Assembly: GCA_003009755.1 (NCBI GenBank)
Contig: PXUB01000032.1
Coordinates: 1-64,000, forward strand
Reading direction: 5' to 3'
Origin: Thermoplasmatales archaeon SW_10_69_26
GTDB lineage: Archaea > Thermoplasmatota > SW-10-69-26
DNA: 64,000 bases
Both the position numbers and the translations under genes were made by a program. Positions 18,896-28,734 of the stretch are shown one piece after another. The notes under the pieces were generated by a model that was given only the letters and a program-made list of their open reading frames with translations, was not told the DNA's origin and did no database searches. Numbering within the stretch: position 1 is the stretch's first letter; each line of letters begins with the position of its first letter.

Positions 18896-19448
18896 GACCC
18901 CCAGCGCCACCGCTCGAAGGGGACCTCGAGCGGGAGCCGCGGCGACCTCAGCCCGGCAGGCGCGTCGTCGTCACCGATTCCGAGGCCAAGGTTCCATCCT
19001 CGAAGAGGCGAGCCCGACGGGTGAGGAAACCCGCGGCTGTGTCGAAACGGACGTGGCTAGTGCATCCCATCCAGCGGCGGGGAGCCCCCCCGCCGTTGAA
19101 AAGGGTTCCGAAGCCGACGCGCCCTGAGGCCCCGTCCCGTGGCGTCATCCGGCGGGCCCGGGAGGGGCCTTCGCCGAGGGAGCCGCCCCGCTCGGCCTCG
19201 TACACCCTCGCCCGGCGGACCACCGTTCCCTCGTCCACCTCGACGCGGATCCGATGCTCGGGGTCCTCGCGATCGGGCTCGGTCCGACGGGCGAGTTCGG
19301 GCATGGGTCGGGCACGCACCTCGACGGAGATAAGCCATCACACGGCCGCTACCTGCGCGTTACGCAAGCGAGCCTGCGAACGCTCTCGCGACCACGAGGT
19401 GGCGAAAACGAGACCCGAGTCGGGCCAGGCTCGGCTTGCATCGCGCGG

Positions 19449-20636
19449 TCAGGCATCGGGTGGGGTCCAGCGTCGGCCGATCCAGAACCCCACGGCGAGC
19501 GCCGTCAGGTGGAAGGCCGGCGTGTAGCTCTGCAGGTAGAACCACCCGACGTTGGCCTCCCAGAACACGAAGAAGCCGAGCAGCGGCCAGGACGCGCGGG
19601 CCCGGCTCGCGAGCGCGCCCATGAGGCCGAAAGCGCCCGCCGAGCCGCCCGACCACGTCCGCCGCCAGGCCTCCTCGAAGAACGCGACGTCCGGCAACGC
19701 GGCCACCAGCGCGTGCAGGAGGACACCGGCCGCGATCGCGCCCGCCAGACCGCTGGCGAGGAACACCGCCGCGGCCCGCCCGGTGCCCTCGCGCACCTCG
19801 ACAGCCAGCCCGAACAAGGCCAACAGCGCCGTGACGTACACGAACTGGACCAAATCGTGGTTCAGGAACGGCGCGGTCGCCAGCGAGAGGGCGGCCTCGA
19901 GCGGCGCCCGCGTCAGATCGGGGATCTCGTAGAGGAACGGCTCGACGGCGCGCTGGTCGAGGCCGAACCCGTCCCGGGTCTGCTCGCCCCAGGCGAGGAA
20001 GACCGACCACCCGACGGCGAGGTACCCGAGCGTCGCCGGAGCCCGAAGCAACGCCTCCGGCAGACCGGGCCACGCGCGGCGAGCCGGCACGCTGGCCCAC
20101 GGGAAGTAGGAGTCCAGCGGGTCGTCCCCGGGCCGAACGGGATCGGGAACCTCGCGGATCGCCCACCAGGCCGACAGCAGGATGGTCGCGGGCGCCAGCA
20201 GAACCACGGATCCGAAGCCCGCCCACGCGGCCAGCCCGCCAGCCACCAGGCCGGCCAGAGCCCCGGCCGCCCACGCCCCTCGCGTAACTCCCGGCAGGTG
20301 GTGCAAGCCCCAGACGGCCACCGCGCCGGCGGCGCCCGCCAGGGGGTGCGTGACCCATCGGACGCGATCCGGCAACGCGAGCGGGTCGAAGCAGGCCAGC
20401 ACCAGGAACGCGAGACCGGCCAGCGGCAGGGCCGCGTCGAGCACGTGGCGGGGGCCCAGCGCGTTCCCGCGAGCGCGGAGGGCGACGAGGGTCGCCAGGC
20501 CGCCGAGGAGCCCCACAGCCAGGGCCCACGGTTCCCCCGGCGCCAGGTCCGCCAGGCCCATCGGGGCCGCGGCCGCGAGAGCCGCCAGCGTGAGGCCGGC
20601 GGCCCGGCGGGTGCGCGATCGGTGGCCCTCCCGCAT
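19449..20636 (-). CDS. Rhomboid-like intramembrane protease with extra N-terminal TM helices
   Basis: Multi-TM; WSGGSAGAFG (GxS motif) and FHLTAL histidine. Confidence 0.6.
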   Translation of the reverse strand: MREGHRSRTRRAAGLTLAALAAAAPMGLADLAPGEPWALAVGLLGGLATLVALRARGNALGPRHVLDAALPLAGLAFLVLACFDPLALPDRVRWVTHPLAGAAGAVAVWGLHHLPGVTRGAWAAGALAGLVAGGLAAWAGFGSVVLLAPATILLSAWWAIREVPDPVRPGDDPLDSYFPWASVPARRAWPGLPEALLRAPATLGYLAVGWSVFLAWGEQTRDGFGLDQRAVEPFLYEIPDLTRAPLEAALSLATAPFLNHDLVQFVYVTALLALFGLAVEVREGTGRAAAVFLASGLAGAIAAGVLLHALVAALPDVAFFEEAWRRTWSGGSAGAFGLMGALASRARASWPLLGFFVFWEANVGWFYLQSYTPAFHLTALAVGFWIGRRWTPPDA

Positions 20637-20796
20637 CGGCGAGAGGGAGGACCCGAGCCGTCAAGAGGCCTGCGACGTCGAGCGGAGAGCGACACCGGGA
20701 TCGGCGAGCTCGTACTCGTCGGGGACGCCCTGCCTGACACGGGAGCGGAACGCGGCCCGGGGTGGAAACCCCCCGCCTCCCGAGCCGTCCCTCGGA

Positions 20797-21222
20797 TCAG
20801 ATCGGTCGCAGCCCACCGATCTGCTCGAGGATGCCCTTCTCGTCGGTCTGGATCCAGGAGGCGACCAGCTTGCCGTCCTCGAAGCGGTCGATCTCGATGC
20901 CGGAGGCCTCGACCCCCTCGTCGCTGGGCGCGACCCCGAACAGCGGGCCCGCGTGCGTGCCCCGCATCGTCCAGCGGACGGCTACCCGGTCGCCGTCGAC
21001 GAGCACGTCCTCGATCTCGAAGGACAGGTCCTCGAAGGCCTCCCTGGTGCTCTCCGCCAGCCCCCGGTAGAGGTTGGGGCCTGTGAAGTCCCCGGGGAGC
21101 TCGTCCTCCTCCGGCAGCGTGTAGTCCTCGGCCACGAGATCGTCCGCGACGGAGGGGTCTTCGCCGTTCCAGACGCCGTCGATGAGCCGCCGGATCCGCT
21201 GCTCGAGGTCGGAACCAGGCAT
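20797..21222 (-). CDS. SnoaL-like ester cyclase
   Basis: AFEDLSFEIED...GDRVAVRWTMRGTHAG...FEDGKL. Confidence 0.88.
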   Translation of the reverse strand: MPGSDLEQRIRRLIDGVWNGEDPSVADDLVAEDYTLPEEDELPGDFTGPNLYRGLAESTREAFEDLSFEIEDVLVDGDRVAVRWTMRGTHAGPLFGVAPSDEGVEASGIEIDRFEDGKLVASWIQTDEKGILEQIGGLRPI

Positions 21223-21272
21223 CGCTGCGCGGTAGGTGAGCCTCTTGCTTGAAGCCTGTGCGGGAGGGCCAG

Positions 21273-21440
21273 CGCGCTGTAAGGATAAGAAACGGGGGGG
21301 CCACCAAGTACGCGAAGGGACGCCAGGGCACAAAGGAGAGCAGCTGCCGTTACGAAGCTCCCGGCCGGCGAGTCACAGGTCCTTCGTGGCCTTGGCGATC
21401 CTTCGTGTCCTTCGCGGCCCCTGCTTAACGAGACAGCCGG
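21273..21440. repeat. Dispersed MITE-like hairpin repeat family B, copy 1
   Basis: Inverted near-identical copy at 47695-47856; long internal palindrome; ends CTGT.....TAAG in inverted orientation. Confidence 0.85.
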
Positions 21441-21454
21441 GAGGACCAGGCCCG

Positions 21455-23650
21455 TCACAGGTACTCGGCGAGGCTGCGCTGGTCGGCAGGCCGGGCCTCG
21501 ATCCCGAGCCGGTCGAGCAGCTTGGTCAACAGTTCGAGGTAGTAGTCCTCGTCGAGCTCGTCGAAGGCGCCCGGCCAGGCGACGTCGTAGCCCCCTTCGG
21601 TCTTCACGTAGGGGATCTGGTCGCCTTGGGAGACCTCGCGGCCTCGGCGCTGGGCGGCGCGGGCGACCTGGGCGGCGACGTGGTTCGTGGCCTCGTAGGC
21701 GTCCGGGTCCTTGCCGAGTCGCACCCGCATCACGAAGTCCTCGCGATCGTAGCGGGACAGATCCAGCGCCTGGCTGGCGATCTCGTCCACGTCCTCGCGG
21801 TCCTCCAGCCGGGCGCGGGCCACCTCGTCGAGCGCCGCGTCGAACAACGGCGCCCGCGAGCTGCCCTTGAAGGCGACGCCGTGACGCTCGATCCGGCCGT
21901 CCTCGTGCAGCAGGAGGTAGTTCTTGCCCTCGTGGAACCAGCCGGCCTCGAAGGGGTCGGCGTCCACGCTGAGCACGGGCTCGGCGCCGATCTCCTCGGC
22001 CAGCACGCGGTTGACGTGGGCCTCGATCGGGTCCGGATCGATCCGGCCCTCGGCGTAGACGCCGTCGGTGTCGGTCTCGATCTTGGCCTCGCCGAGCAGG
22101 TCCTCGACTTCTTGGATCAGGTGCCGGGCGGTGCCGACGATCGCCATCGCGACCGGGAGCGAGGCGTACCGGGCGTGCCGGCTGGCCATGACGCCGTACA
22201 CGCTGTTGAGGATGACCTTGATCATGCCCTGTCGGCTGGTGTCTTGGCTGCCGCCCTCGTCGGCGCGGGCCTTCTGCTTGAGTTCCAGCCGGTAGGCGAG
22301 CAGCTCGCCCAGCTCCTCGGCCAGCGGCGAGCGGCCCTCGATGGAGACCTCGTGCCGGGTGCCGCGGTTCGGGTCGGGCACGCGCAGCGTGAGCGTGTCG
22401 GCCTTGCGGTGGGCCTCGAAGCCGCCCTCCCTCACGGTGCCCTCGTAGCGGGTGTTGTCGGCCCCAGCGCCGAGGGCGACGAGGATCGAGGGGTACATCG
22501 AGGCGAAGTCCACCAGGGTCACAGGGCGGAACAGGCCCCGCCGGTAGATCTCGACGATGCCGCCCACGAAGCCCTCGCCGCCGGTCTGCTCGTAAAGATC
22601 GGGGAACCGCTGTTCGTTCGTGCCGTCCGAGATGACGCTCTCCTCGACGAAGATCCGTCCCTGGAGGGTGCGGGCGTGGAAGCTGGCCGTCGCCTCGGCG
22701 ATCGTCTGCAACGGGGCGCCGTAGAAGTCGGCCAGCTCGACGTCGTTGGCCAGGTAGGGCTGGCCGATCTGGCGCGACAGCTCGACGTCGTTCTCGTTGT
22801 ACCGGGCCAAGCGGCCCTCCTCGGCCAGCTTCACCGTGTTCGTGACGTCGGCCTCGAGCACGTCGAGGCCGTGCCACTCGGCCACGGTCTCCAGCGAGCG
22901 GTCCTTGATCCCGATCAGGGTCTGGTCGGCTCGCACCTTGTCGTACACGTCGTACAGCAGCCGCCCGACGACGCGCTGGCCTTTGCCCCACCGAGCCTCC
23001 TCGATGCGGCCCCCCTCGCGGTGCAGGGGCGTCTCGTCGAGGTCGTGGGCCTGCAACCGGGCGCGCAGCCGCGGCAGATCGTAGCGGGCGACGTTGTAGC
23101 CGGCGAGCACGTCCGGATCGTGCACCTCCAGCGCCCCCAGGAACGCCTCCAACACGGCCCGCTCGTCGGCCGGATCGACGACGCTGGTCGGCGCCTCGTC
23201 GTCCCCGGCCCAGGCGATCGAGACGATCGGGGCGTCCTCGTCGGGGAACCCGGACCCGGTGGTGCGCTGCTCGATGTCGACGTGCAGGCTCGACAGCTCG
23301 CCGTTGGGGAACCGGCGGTAGTAGTCGGGCCGGTCGAGCAGGACGCGGTGGACGAACGGGATGTGGGCCTCGGCGACCTCGTCCTCGGACCGAGCGTGCG
23401 CTGCGTCGGCCAGCTCGCGCACGTTGGCGAACTCGGCCCTCACCCACGTCTCCTCGTCCAACGTCGACAACGGCCGGCGCGTGACCTCGCGCTGGCGCAG
23501 CGGCTCGTGCCCGAAGGGCTCGCGAGCATAGCAGTAGGGATCGATCGGGGCCTCGACCCGCGTCGGGCCGCCCTGGGCCCACACCCGCAGGTACTGCTCG
23601 TTCCCCTCGATCGTGCGCTCGGCCGCCAGCGGGACGTCCACGCTGGGCAA
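21455..23650 (-). CDS. polB: Family B DNA polymerase (divergent) with 3'-5' exonuclease and PIP box
   Basis: Exo motifs VDIE, GYNVARYD, YNEND; Pol motifs DFASMYPSI, KVILNSVYG, ETDTDG, KNY; C-terminal QRSLAEYL. Confidence 0.92.
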   Translation of the reverse strand: MPSVDVPLAAERTIEGNEQYLRVWAQGGPTRVEAPIDPYCYAREPFGHEPLRQREVTRRPLSTLDEETWVRAEFANVRELADAAHARSEDEVAEAHIPFVHRVLLDRPDYYRRFPNGELSSLHVDIEQRTTGSGFPDEDAPIVSIAWAGDDEAPTSVVDPADERAVLEAFLGALEVHDPDVLAGYNVARYDLPRLRARLQAHDLDETPLHREGGRIEEARWGKGQRVVGRLLYDVYDKVRADQTLIGIKDRSLETVAEWHGLDVLEADVTNTVKLAEEGRLARYNENDVELSRQIGQPYLANDVELADFYGAPLQTIAEATASFHARTLQGRIFVEESVISDGTNEQRFPDLYEQTGGEGFVGGIVEIYRRGLFRPVTLVDFASMYPSILVALGAGADNTRYEGTVREGGFEAHRKADTLTLRVPDPNRGTRHEVSIEGRSPLAEELGELLAYRLELKQKARADEGGSQDTSRQGMIKVILNSVYGVMASRHARYASLPVAMAIVGTARHLIQEVEDLLGEAKIETDTDGVYAEGRIDPDPIEAHVNRVLAEEIGAEPVLSVDADPFEAGWFHEGKNYLLLHEDGRIERHGVAFKGSSRAPLFDAALDEVARARLEDREDVDEIASQALDLSRYDREDFVMRVRLGKDPDAYEATNHVAAQVARAAQRRGREVSQGDQIPYVKTEGGYDVAWPGAFDELDEDYYLELLTKLLDRLGIEARPADQRSLAEYL

Positions 23651-24090
23651 CGCAGGGGGGCGAGGGGTAAGAATGGATGGGTCGAGATGCTCCCAAACGC
23701 CGCACAGAGTAACGCGACAACGTAGGCTCGGATGGCAGGAGCGTTGTCGGTATCGGTGGACACAAGGTCGGTCGGTGCCGGATCTTCGGCGTCGTCTTAC
23801 TCGAGGATCCCTGTCGGGTCAGGTCGTGAACGGCCGAGAGGGCCTTCGCCTCGTCACGTGGTTCCCCGCACGTCCGTCCGTAGAAATGGAGTAGCCCTCG
23901 CATACCGATTCCCAAGCGGCGATCGGCTTGGTGAGATGCCCGATGATAGCTGAGTGATTCTCAGCCTATGTCAGTAGTACCACTCACCACGAACCAACCC
24001 CTAGCCAGGGACCCTCCCTTGCGATTGACCCGAGGTGTCGCGTCCGTGACATCCCCAACCCAAAGTAAGGCTCGCTGGGTCAGGCCATGC

Positions 24091-25944
24091 ATGGCTCGCG
24101 GGGCATGGCTCGTGGGTGGCTTGGCTCTCCTCGTGCTCGCGGCGTCCTCGGTCGTGGCCCAGACCGCTGAGGATCCAGCGGGCCAAGCCTGCGTAGCCGT
24201 GGACGAGGCGGCCGAATGTCGCACGCTGGCGGTCAGCGGTACGGGTGATGCCTCCTGTCGACCGTTCCTTGCCGCGTGCGCGTCGGCCAGTGGGACGGGC
24301 AACGCCTCCGCCTGCGAGTTCCTGTGCACCGCCGTGGCCCCGTTGGGGGACGCCACCGGTGATCACCCGGTATCAGTTACCGGCGAGTGTCGCGACGATG
24401 CCGGCCAACCGTACCGTGATTGCGCGGCGGTCGGCGTCACGGACGATGCGGAGGGCCATTACGCGGCCGTCAGCGTGACCGGGGAGGCCGACTGTCGGCG
24501 ATCCAAGGCCTGCACGGCCGCTTCCGGCACGGGGAACGCGACCGCCTCCCGGCTTGCCCTCACGGGCACGGGCGATGCCACCGGCCGAACCCCCATCTCT
24601 GCGAGCGGCGAGTGCCGCGAGCATGCCACCGAGGCCTACCGGGACTGCCTTGCCCTCGAGACCGGCGAGGATGCCCACGGTCACCACGCGGGCGCCAGCG
24701 TGACCGGTGATGCGTCCGGCTGCATCGCGGCGAGCGCTACGGGCGAGGCGGAAAGCGGCTGTCACGAGCTGTTCGAGGTCGGGGATGCCGAGTGCACGCC
24801 GCATCCGCCGATCCGGATCACTGAACGGGTCGGCGAGCGCGGGTTCGAGTGGGTGAACCCCGCGACCGGCGAGCGGGAGATCCGCCCGGGGAGCGGTGTC
24901 GTTCGAGGCTCCGGGACCGCTGGGGATCCCTACGTGATCGAGGGCTGGTGCATCCAAGCGCCCCCCGCGGTCTCGACGCCCGAGGGTCCCACGGCTGGCA
25001 TCGTCATTCAGGGTACCGAGGCTCACGTCCAGATCCGGGAGTCCTTCGTCTACGGTGTCCCGCACACCGAGCACCAGGTGTACGGGGTCCCGGTCGACCA
25101 ATTCACTCGCGGGATCGTGCTTGATGGCGTCGGCAACGCCACCGTTCAGAACACGACGATAGCCTACCACGGTCAGGGTCTCGTGGTCGACAGTGCAAGC
25201 CAGACACACCTCCAGGCCAACACCGCCCACAGCAACACGGGGAACGGTTTCTTCATCACTCACTCGACGGAGACCCTGATCAAGAACAACACCGCTACGA
25301 ACAATGGCGCCTCAGGGATCTATGCCAACGAAGGAGATGGCGGAGAGATCCTATCGAACACTGTGACACTGAACCGCCGAGAGGGGATCCGGATCGAAGC
25401 CGATGCGGCCATCCGGAACAATCTCGCGCACGACAACTTCGTCGGTATCGTCTCAACCTCCGAGCAGGAGACACCGATCGCCTCCAACACGGCGATCGAC
25501 AACGATGTCGCTGGGATCGTAATCGGCTCGAGGAACCACGCCTTCGAAAACACGATGCGCGATAACGGCATCGCTGGCATCGCCGCCGTCTTCGGCTCCA
25601 GCGATAACACGATCGAGGACAACCTCGTCGCGGGAGAGCACGAGGTGGGGTTCCTGCTCGGAACGGACACAGCGGGGAACCTGCTATCGCAGAACAACAT
25701 CACCGGCAACGAGAACGGGGTTTGGGCCGAGGAAGCCGAGAGCTTGGCGATGCACGAGAACAACGTGTGGAATAACAGCGCCACAGGCCTGAACGTCGTC
25801 TCGATCGACGAGCCCGTCAACGCGACGCACAATTGGTGGGGCTGTCCCGACGGGCCCTCGGCGCAGGCCTGCGACGGGGTTGCGGGTGAGGCGATCGTCG
25901 ATCCGTGGTTGAGGGAGCCCGTTGCGGCCGCCGGGCTCAGGTAG
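24091..25944 (+). CDS. Secreted right-handed beta-helix (NosD/pectin-lyase-like) protein with Cys-rich N-terminal repeats
   Basis: Signal peptide; repeated S.TG.A.C units; GSGTAGDPYVIEGW; N..GI repeats; NATHNWWG. Confidence 0.85.
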   Translation: MARGAWLVGGLALLVLAASSVVAQTAEDPAGQACVAVDEAAECRTLAVSGTGDASCRPFLAACASASGTGNASACEFLCTAVAPLGDATGDHPVSVTGECRDDAGQPYRDCAAVGVTDDAEGHYAAVSVTGEADCRRSKACTAASGTGNATASRLALTGTGDATGRTPISASGECREHATEAYRDCLALETGEDAHGHHAGASVTGDASGCIAASATGEAESGCHELFEVGDAECTPHPPIRITERVGERGFEWVNPATGEREIRPGSGVVRGSGTAGDPYVIEGWCIQAPPAVSTPEGPTAGIVIQGTEAHVQIRESFVYGVPHTEHQVYGVPVDQFTRGIVLDGVGNATVQNTTIAYHGQGLVVDSASQTHLQANTAHSNTGNGFFITHSTETLIKNNTATNNGASGIYANEGDGGEILSNTVTLNRREGIRIEADAAIRNNLAHDNFVGIVSTSEQETPIASNTAIDNDVAGIVIGSRNHAFENTMRDNGIAGIAAVFGSSDNTIEDNLVAGEHEVGFLLGTDTAGNLLSQNNITGNENGVWAEEAESLAMHENNVWNNSATGLNVVSIDEPVNATHNWWGCPDGPSAQACDGVAGEAIVDPWLREPVAAAGLR

Positions 25945-26729
25945 TGGCCGGCCCGTCGGTAAGGGGACAACGAGGGCTGAGGCTCCCCGGGGAAGGTGGG
26001 GGCCGGCGAGCGCCAAGCCGGTCGAGCTGTCAGCGCCTGCGATCCCCCTCGCCCGGGGACGTCGCCGGCTCCGATCGGGATCCAGTCAGCCCTTAGACCA
26101 TGGCCACTGAGACACGCCGAGAAGAGCTTAGCAGCTGTTCGCCACTCGGATCCGGGGGTCTGGCTGCTTTCGGGATCTCTCCTCTCTGAGATGGGAGAAG
26201 AGAACGATCATCCCCACTTGGCCGACTCCCGGGGTGATCCTCTGCGGCCGGCACTTCCGCGCGCCTTCACCCACGGCCTTCACTTTCCCGAGTGGTTTCG
26301 CCGCTCGTGGCCGACGACGCGGACATGCAAGCGCCCGACGACCGCCCCGTCGGCACAGCAACGTCGGGGTACCGGGGTTCCCGCCCGAGGCGAGGGGAGC
26401 GGTTCCGGGACGGTGCGCCCTGGAGGACGAGGTCGGGGACGCGCGGGCGGTGCCGGTCGGCGAGCGCGTGCTGTGTCGGGGGGCCGGCGACGACGCTCGT
26501 CGAGGTCGAGGGGTTCGTGGACGAGGTCCTCCCCGTCGAGGTCGAGGCGGAAGCAGTGGCGACCGGTTAGCTTCTGCCTCGAGAGCACGGCCGATCACCA
26601 GGGAAGCTGATTGATCGCGGGGATCGCTGCCGACGGCGGATCCCCGCGTCTGTGGAGGACGTAGCCTCGCCCAGCTCGTTGCCGCGGAGCCGGCGCGCTG
26701 AGGAACATTTATGCGTTTCCGAGAGGGTG

Positions 26730-28667
26730 ATGGCTTTGGGAGGCATTCGCTTGGATCCCCGCAAGCTCGCCTGCGTCCTCCTCGCCTCGTCGATGATCGT
26801 GCCCGCAACCGCCGCGTTGGAACCCGCGCTGGCGGAGGACCCCGACGACGGGGGGGAGCCCGCCCTCTTCCAGGTCGGGGCCAGCAGCCGCGACATCACG
26901 CCCGAGACCGCTCAGTTCCTCGGGGGTTCCTGGGTCGGCCGGGAGACGGCGGAGGTCGATGCTCCCCTCAAGGTGCGGGCGATGGCGGTCGGGAACGGCG
27001 ACACGGGCGTGCTGTTCGCCGAGGTCGACAGCCAGGGGATCTTCGCGGGCTACCAGCAGGGCCCCTACGGAACGGTCGCGATGCGGGAGGCCGTCGCGGA
27101 GCGCACCGGCGTACCCGCCGAGAACGTCGTCGTCGCGTCCAGCCACACGCACGCGGCCCCGACCCTGATGGGCATCTGGGGCCCCACGGACACCGACTAC
27201 CTCCGGCACGTTTTCGACCAGACCGTCGACGCGCTCGTGGACGCCTGGCAGACCCGCGAGGCCGCGCACCTCCACGTGAGCGAGACGGACAGCAGCGACC
27301 TGATCGGCACCCACCTGCAGTCGAGCAACCGCATGCCCGGCTGGCCGGCCGACGGCGACTTGTCGGTGATCCGGGCGGTGTCCCCGCAGGGCCACGACGT
27401 GGCCACGTTCCTGAACTTCGGCGTCCACCCCGACATCGTCACTGGCATGAAGATGTCCCCCGACTGGCTGGGCGAGGCTCGGGCCTTCCTGGACGAGCGC
27501 CTGGACACGACGACCGTGGCCGCCGTGGGCACGCTGGGTCGCCAGGAGACCGCGCTGGACAGCTACTACGACGACTCCTACCAGCAGATCGACCGCTACG
27601 GCCGCCTGATCGCCTCTCGCGCGCTACGGACGATGGACGAGGCCCAGCCGGTGACGACGGACACCCTGGACGGGGCCATGCAGTACGTCTCGTTCCCGCT
27701 GACGAACGGGGCCCTGGCCGCCCTTTTAGCCGAGGAGGCCACGGGTGTCGAGGAGCCCACTCGGTCCACGATCGGCTACCACGGCATCGACCGCGCGGTC
27801 ACGCCGCCCTACATGATCGGGGACAACCTCGGGACGTGGACCGGCGTGCTCCGCATCGGGGACCAGCTCGTCTTCAGCCAGCCCGGGGAGGCCTTCCCCG
27901 AGGTGACGCACGCGTTCCGCGACAACCTGCAGGACTGCAGCTCCGATTTCGTGCTCGGCATGGCCCAGGACCAGCTCGGCTACTACTGGCCCGCCTGGGA
28001 GACCCCGTTCGCGGCCCCGATCGGTGACTTCGCGATCTTCAACGTCAACCCGGCGCTGGGGGACATCGTGGCCCGGCACGCCCTGCTGGCGGCCGAGGAG
28101 GTCGGCTGCTCGACGACGCCCTACGCGGTCTCGTCGACGCCGTCGAACACGTACACGCTCACCGACGACTACCCGTTCGCGGTCAAGGACTTGGCCTTCC
28201 CCGAGGTCACCACGCCCGGCGAGCCGGTCCTCTTCGAGGCGCTGTACTCGGACCGCAACGGCGAGTACGAGAACTTCACCTGGAGCCTGGGCGACGGTAC
28301 GGCAGCATACGAGGACCGGTTCTCGCACATCTACGACGATCCAGGCACCTACGGAGCCCAGGTGGCCGCCCGCTCGGCCGAGAACGAGACCGCGACCTGG
28401 ACCGTCGACGTGCAGGTTCTCCCCGCGCCCGCGGTCGCGATCGACGCCACCTCGGTGGACGAGCGGACGGTGCAGCTCGAGGCCAGCCTGACCGGCGGCT
28501 CGGGCACGATCCTGCAGGCGACCTGGGCACTGGGCGACGGGTCCGCGGCGGCCGGATCGACCGTCACGCACACCTACGACCAGCAGGGCACCTACACCGT
28601 GACGGTGGACGTGACGGACACCAGCGGCCTGACGGCGAGCGCCGAGCGGACCGTGACCGTCGGCTGA
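26730..28667 (+). CDS. Secreted neutral/alkaline ceramidase-like hydrolase with two PKD domains
   Basis: VGASSRDITP, SSHTHAAP, FGVHP and QPGEAFPE motifs; two W.LGDG...H.Y...GTY PKD repeats. Confidence 0.8.
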   Translation: MALGGIRLDPRKLACVLLASSMIVPATAALEPALAEDPDDGGEPALFQVGASSRDITPETAQFLGGSWVGRETAEVDAPLKVRAMAVGNGDTGVLFAEVDSQGIFAGYQQGPYGTVAMREAVAERTGVPAENVVVASSHTHAAPTLMGIWGPTDTDYLRHVFDQTVDALVDAWQTREAAHLHVSETDSSDLIGTHLQSSNRMPGWPADGDLSVIRAVSPQGHDVATFLNFGVHPDIVTGMKMSPDWLGEARAFLDERLDTTTVAAVGTLGRQETALDSYYDDSYQQIDRYGRLIASRALRTMDEAQPVTTDTLDGAMQYVSFPLTNGALAALLAEEATGVEEPTRSTIGYHGIDRAVTPPYMIGDNLGTWTGVLRIGDQLVFSQPGEAFPEVTHAFRDNLQDCSSDFVLGMAQDQLGYYWPAWETPFAAPIGDFAIFNVNPALGDIVARHALLAAEEVGCSTTPYAVSSTPSNTYTLTDDYPFAVKDLAFPEVTTPGEPVLFEALYSDRNGEYENFTWSLGDGTAAYEDRFSHIYDDPGTYGAQVAARSAENETATWTVDVQVLPAPAVAIDATSVDERTVQLEASLTGGSGTILQATWALGDGSAAAGSTVTHTYDQQGTYTVTVDVTDTSGLTASAERTVTVG

Positions 28668-28734
28668 CAGGCTCCGCGGGCAGGTTCGGGTGGGGGACCC
28701 CGTGCCTTTTTCCTCCCGAACGGGTTCCCGGCCC

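Noticed and set aside
18948-19319. 123 aa ORF between the GDPD and rhomboid-like genes
   Set aside because: Partly protein-like but Arg-rich with no motif; may be a decayed gene and cannot be supported
20982-23915. 977 aa ORF and other long R/G/P-rich ORFs (e.g. 37116-40475, 40305-42965, 32451-35057)
   Set aside because: Shadow frames of high-GC genes; their composition is unlike the acidic proteome and they carry no motifs
23651-24090. Less GC-rich tract upstream of polB as an ncRNA or small gene
   Set aside because: No recognisable RNA motif or convincing ORF by eye
25945-26700. Possible gene remnant (FRLDLDGEDLVHEPLDLDE on the minus strand)
   Set aside because: Too short and frameshifted to assign a family
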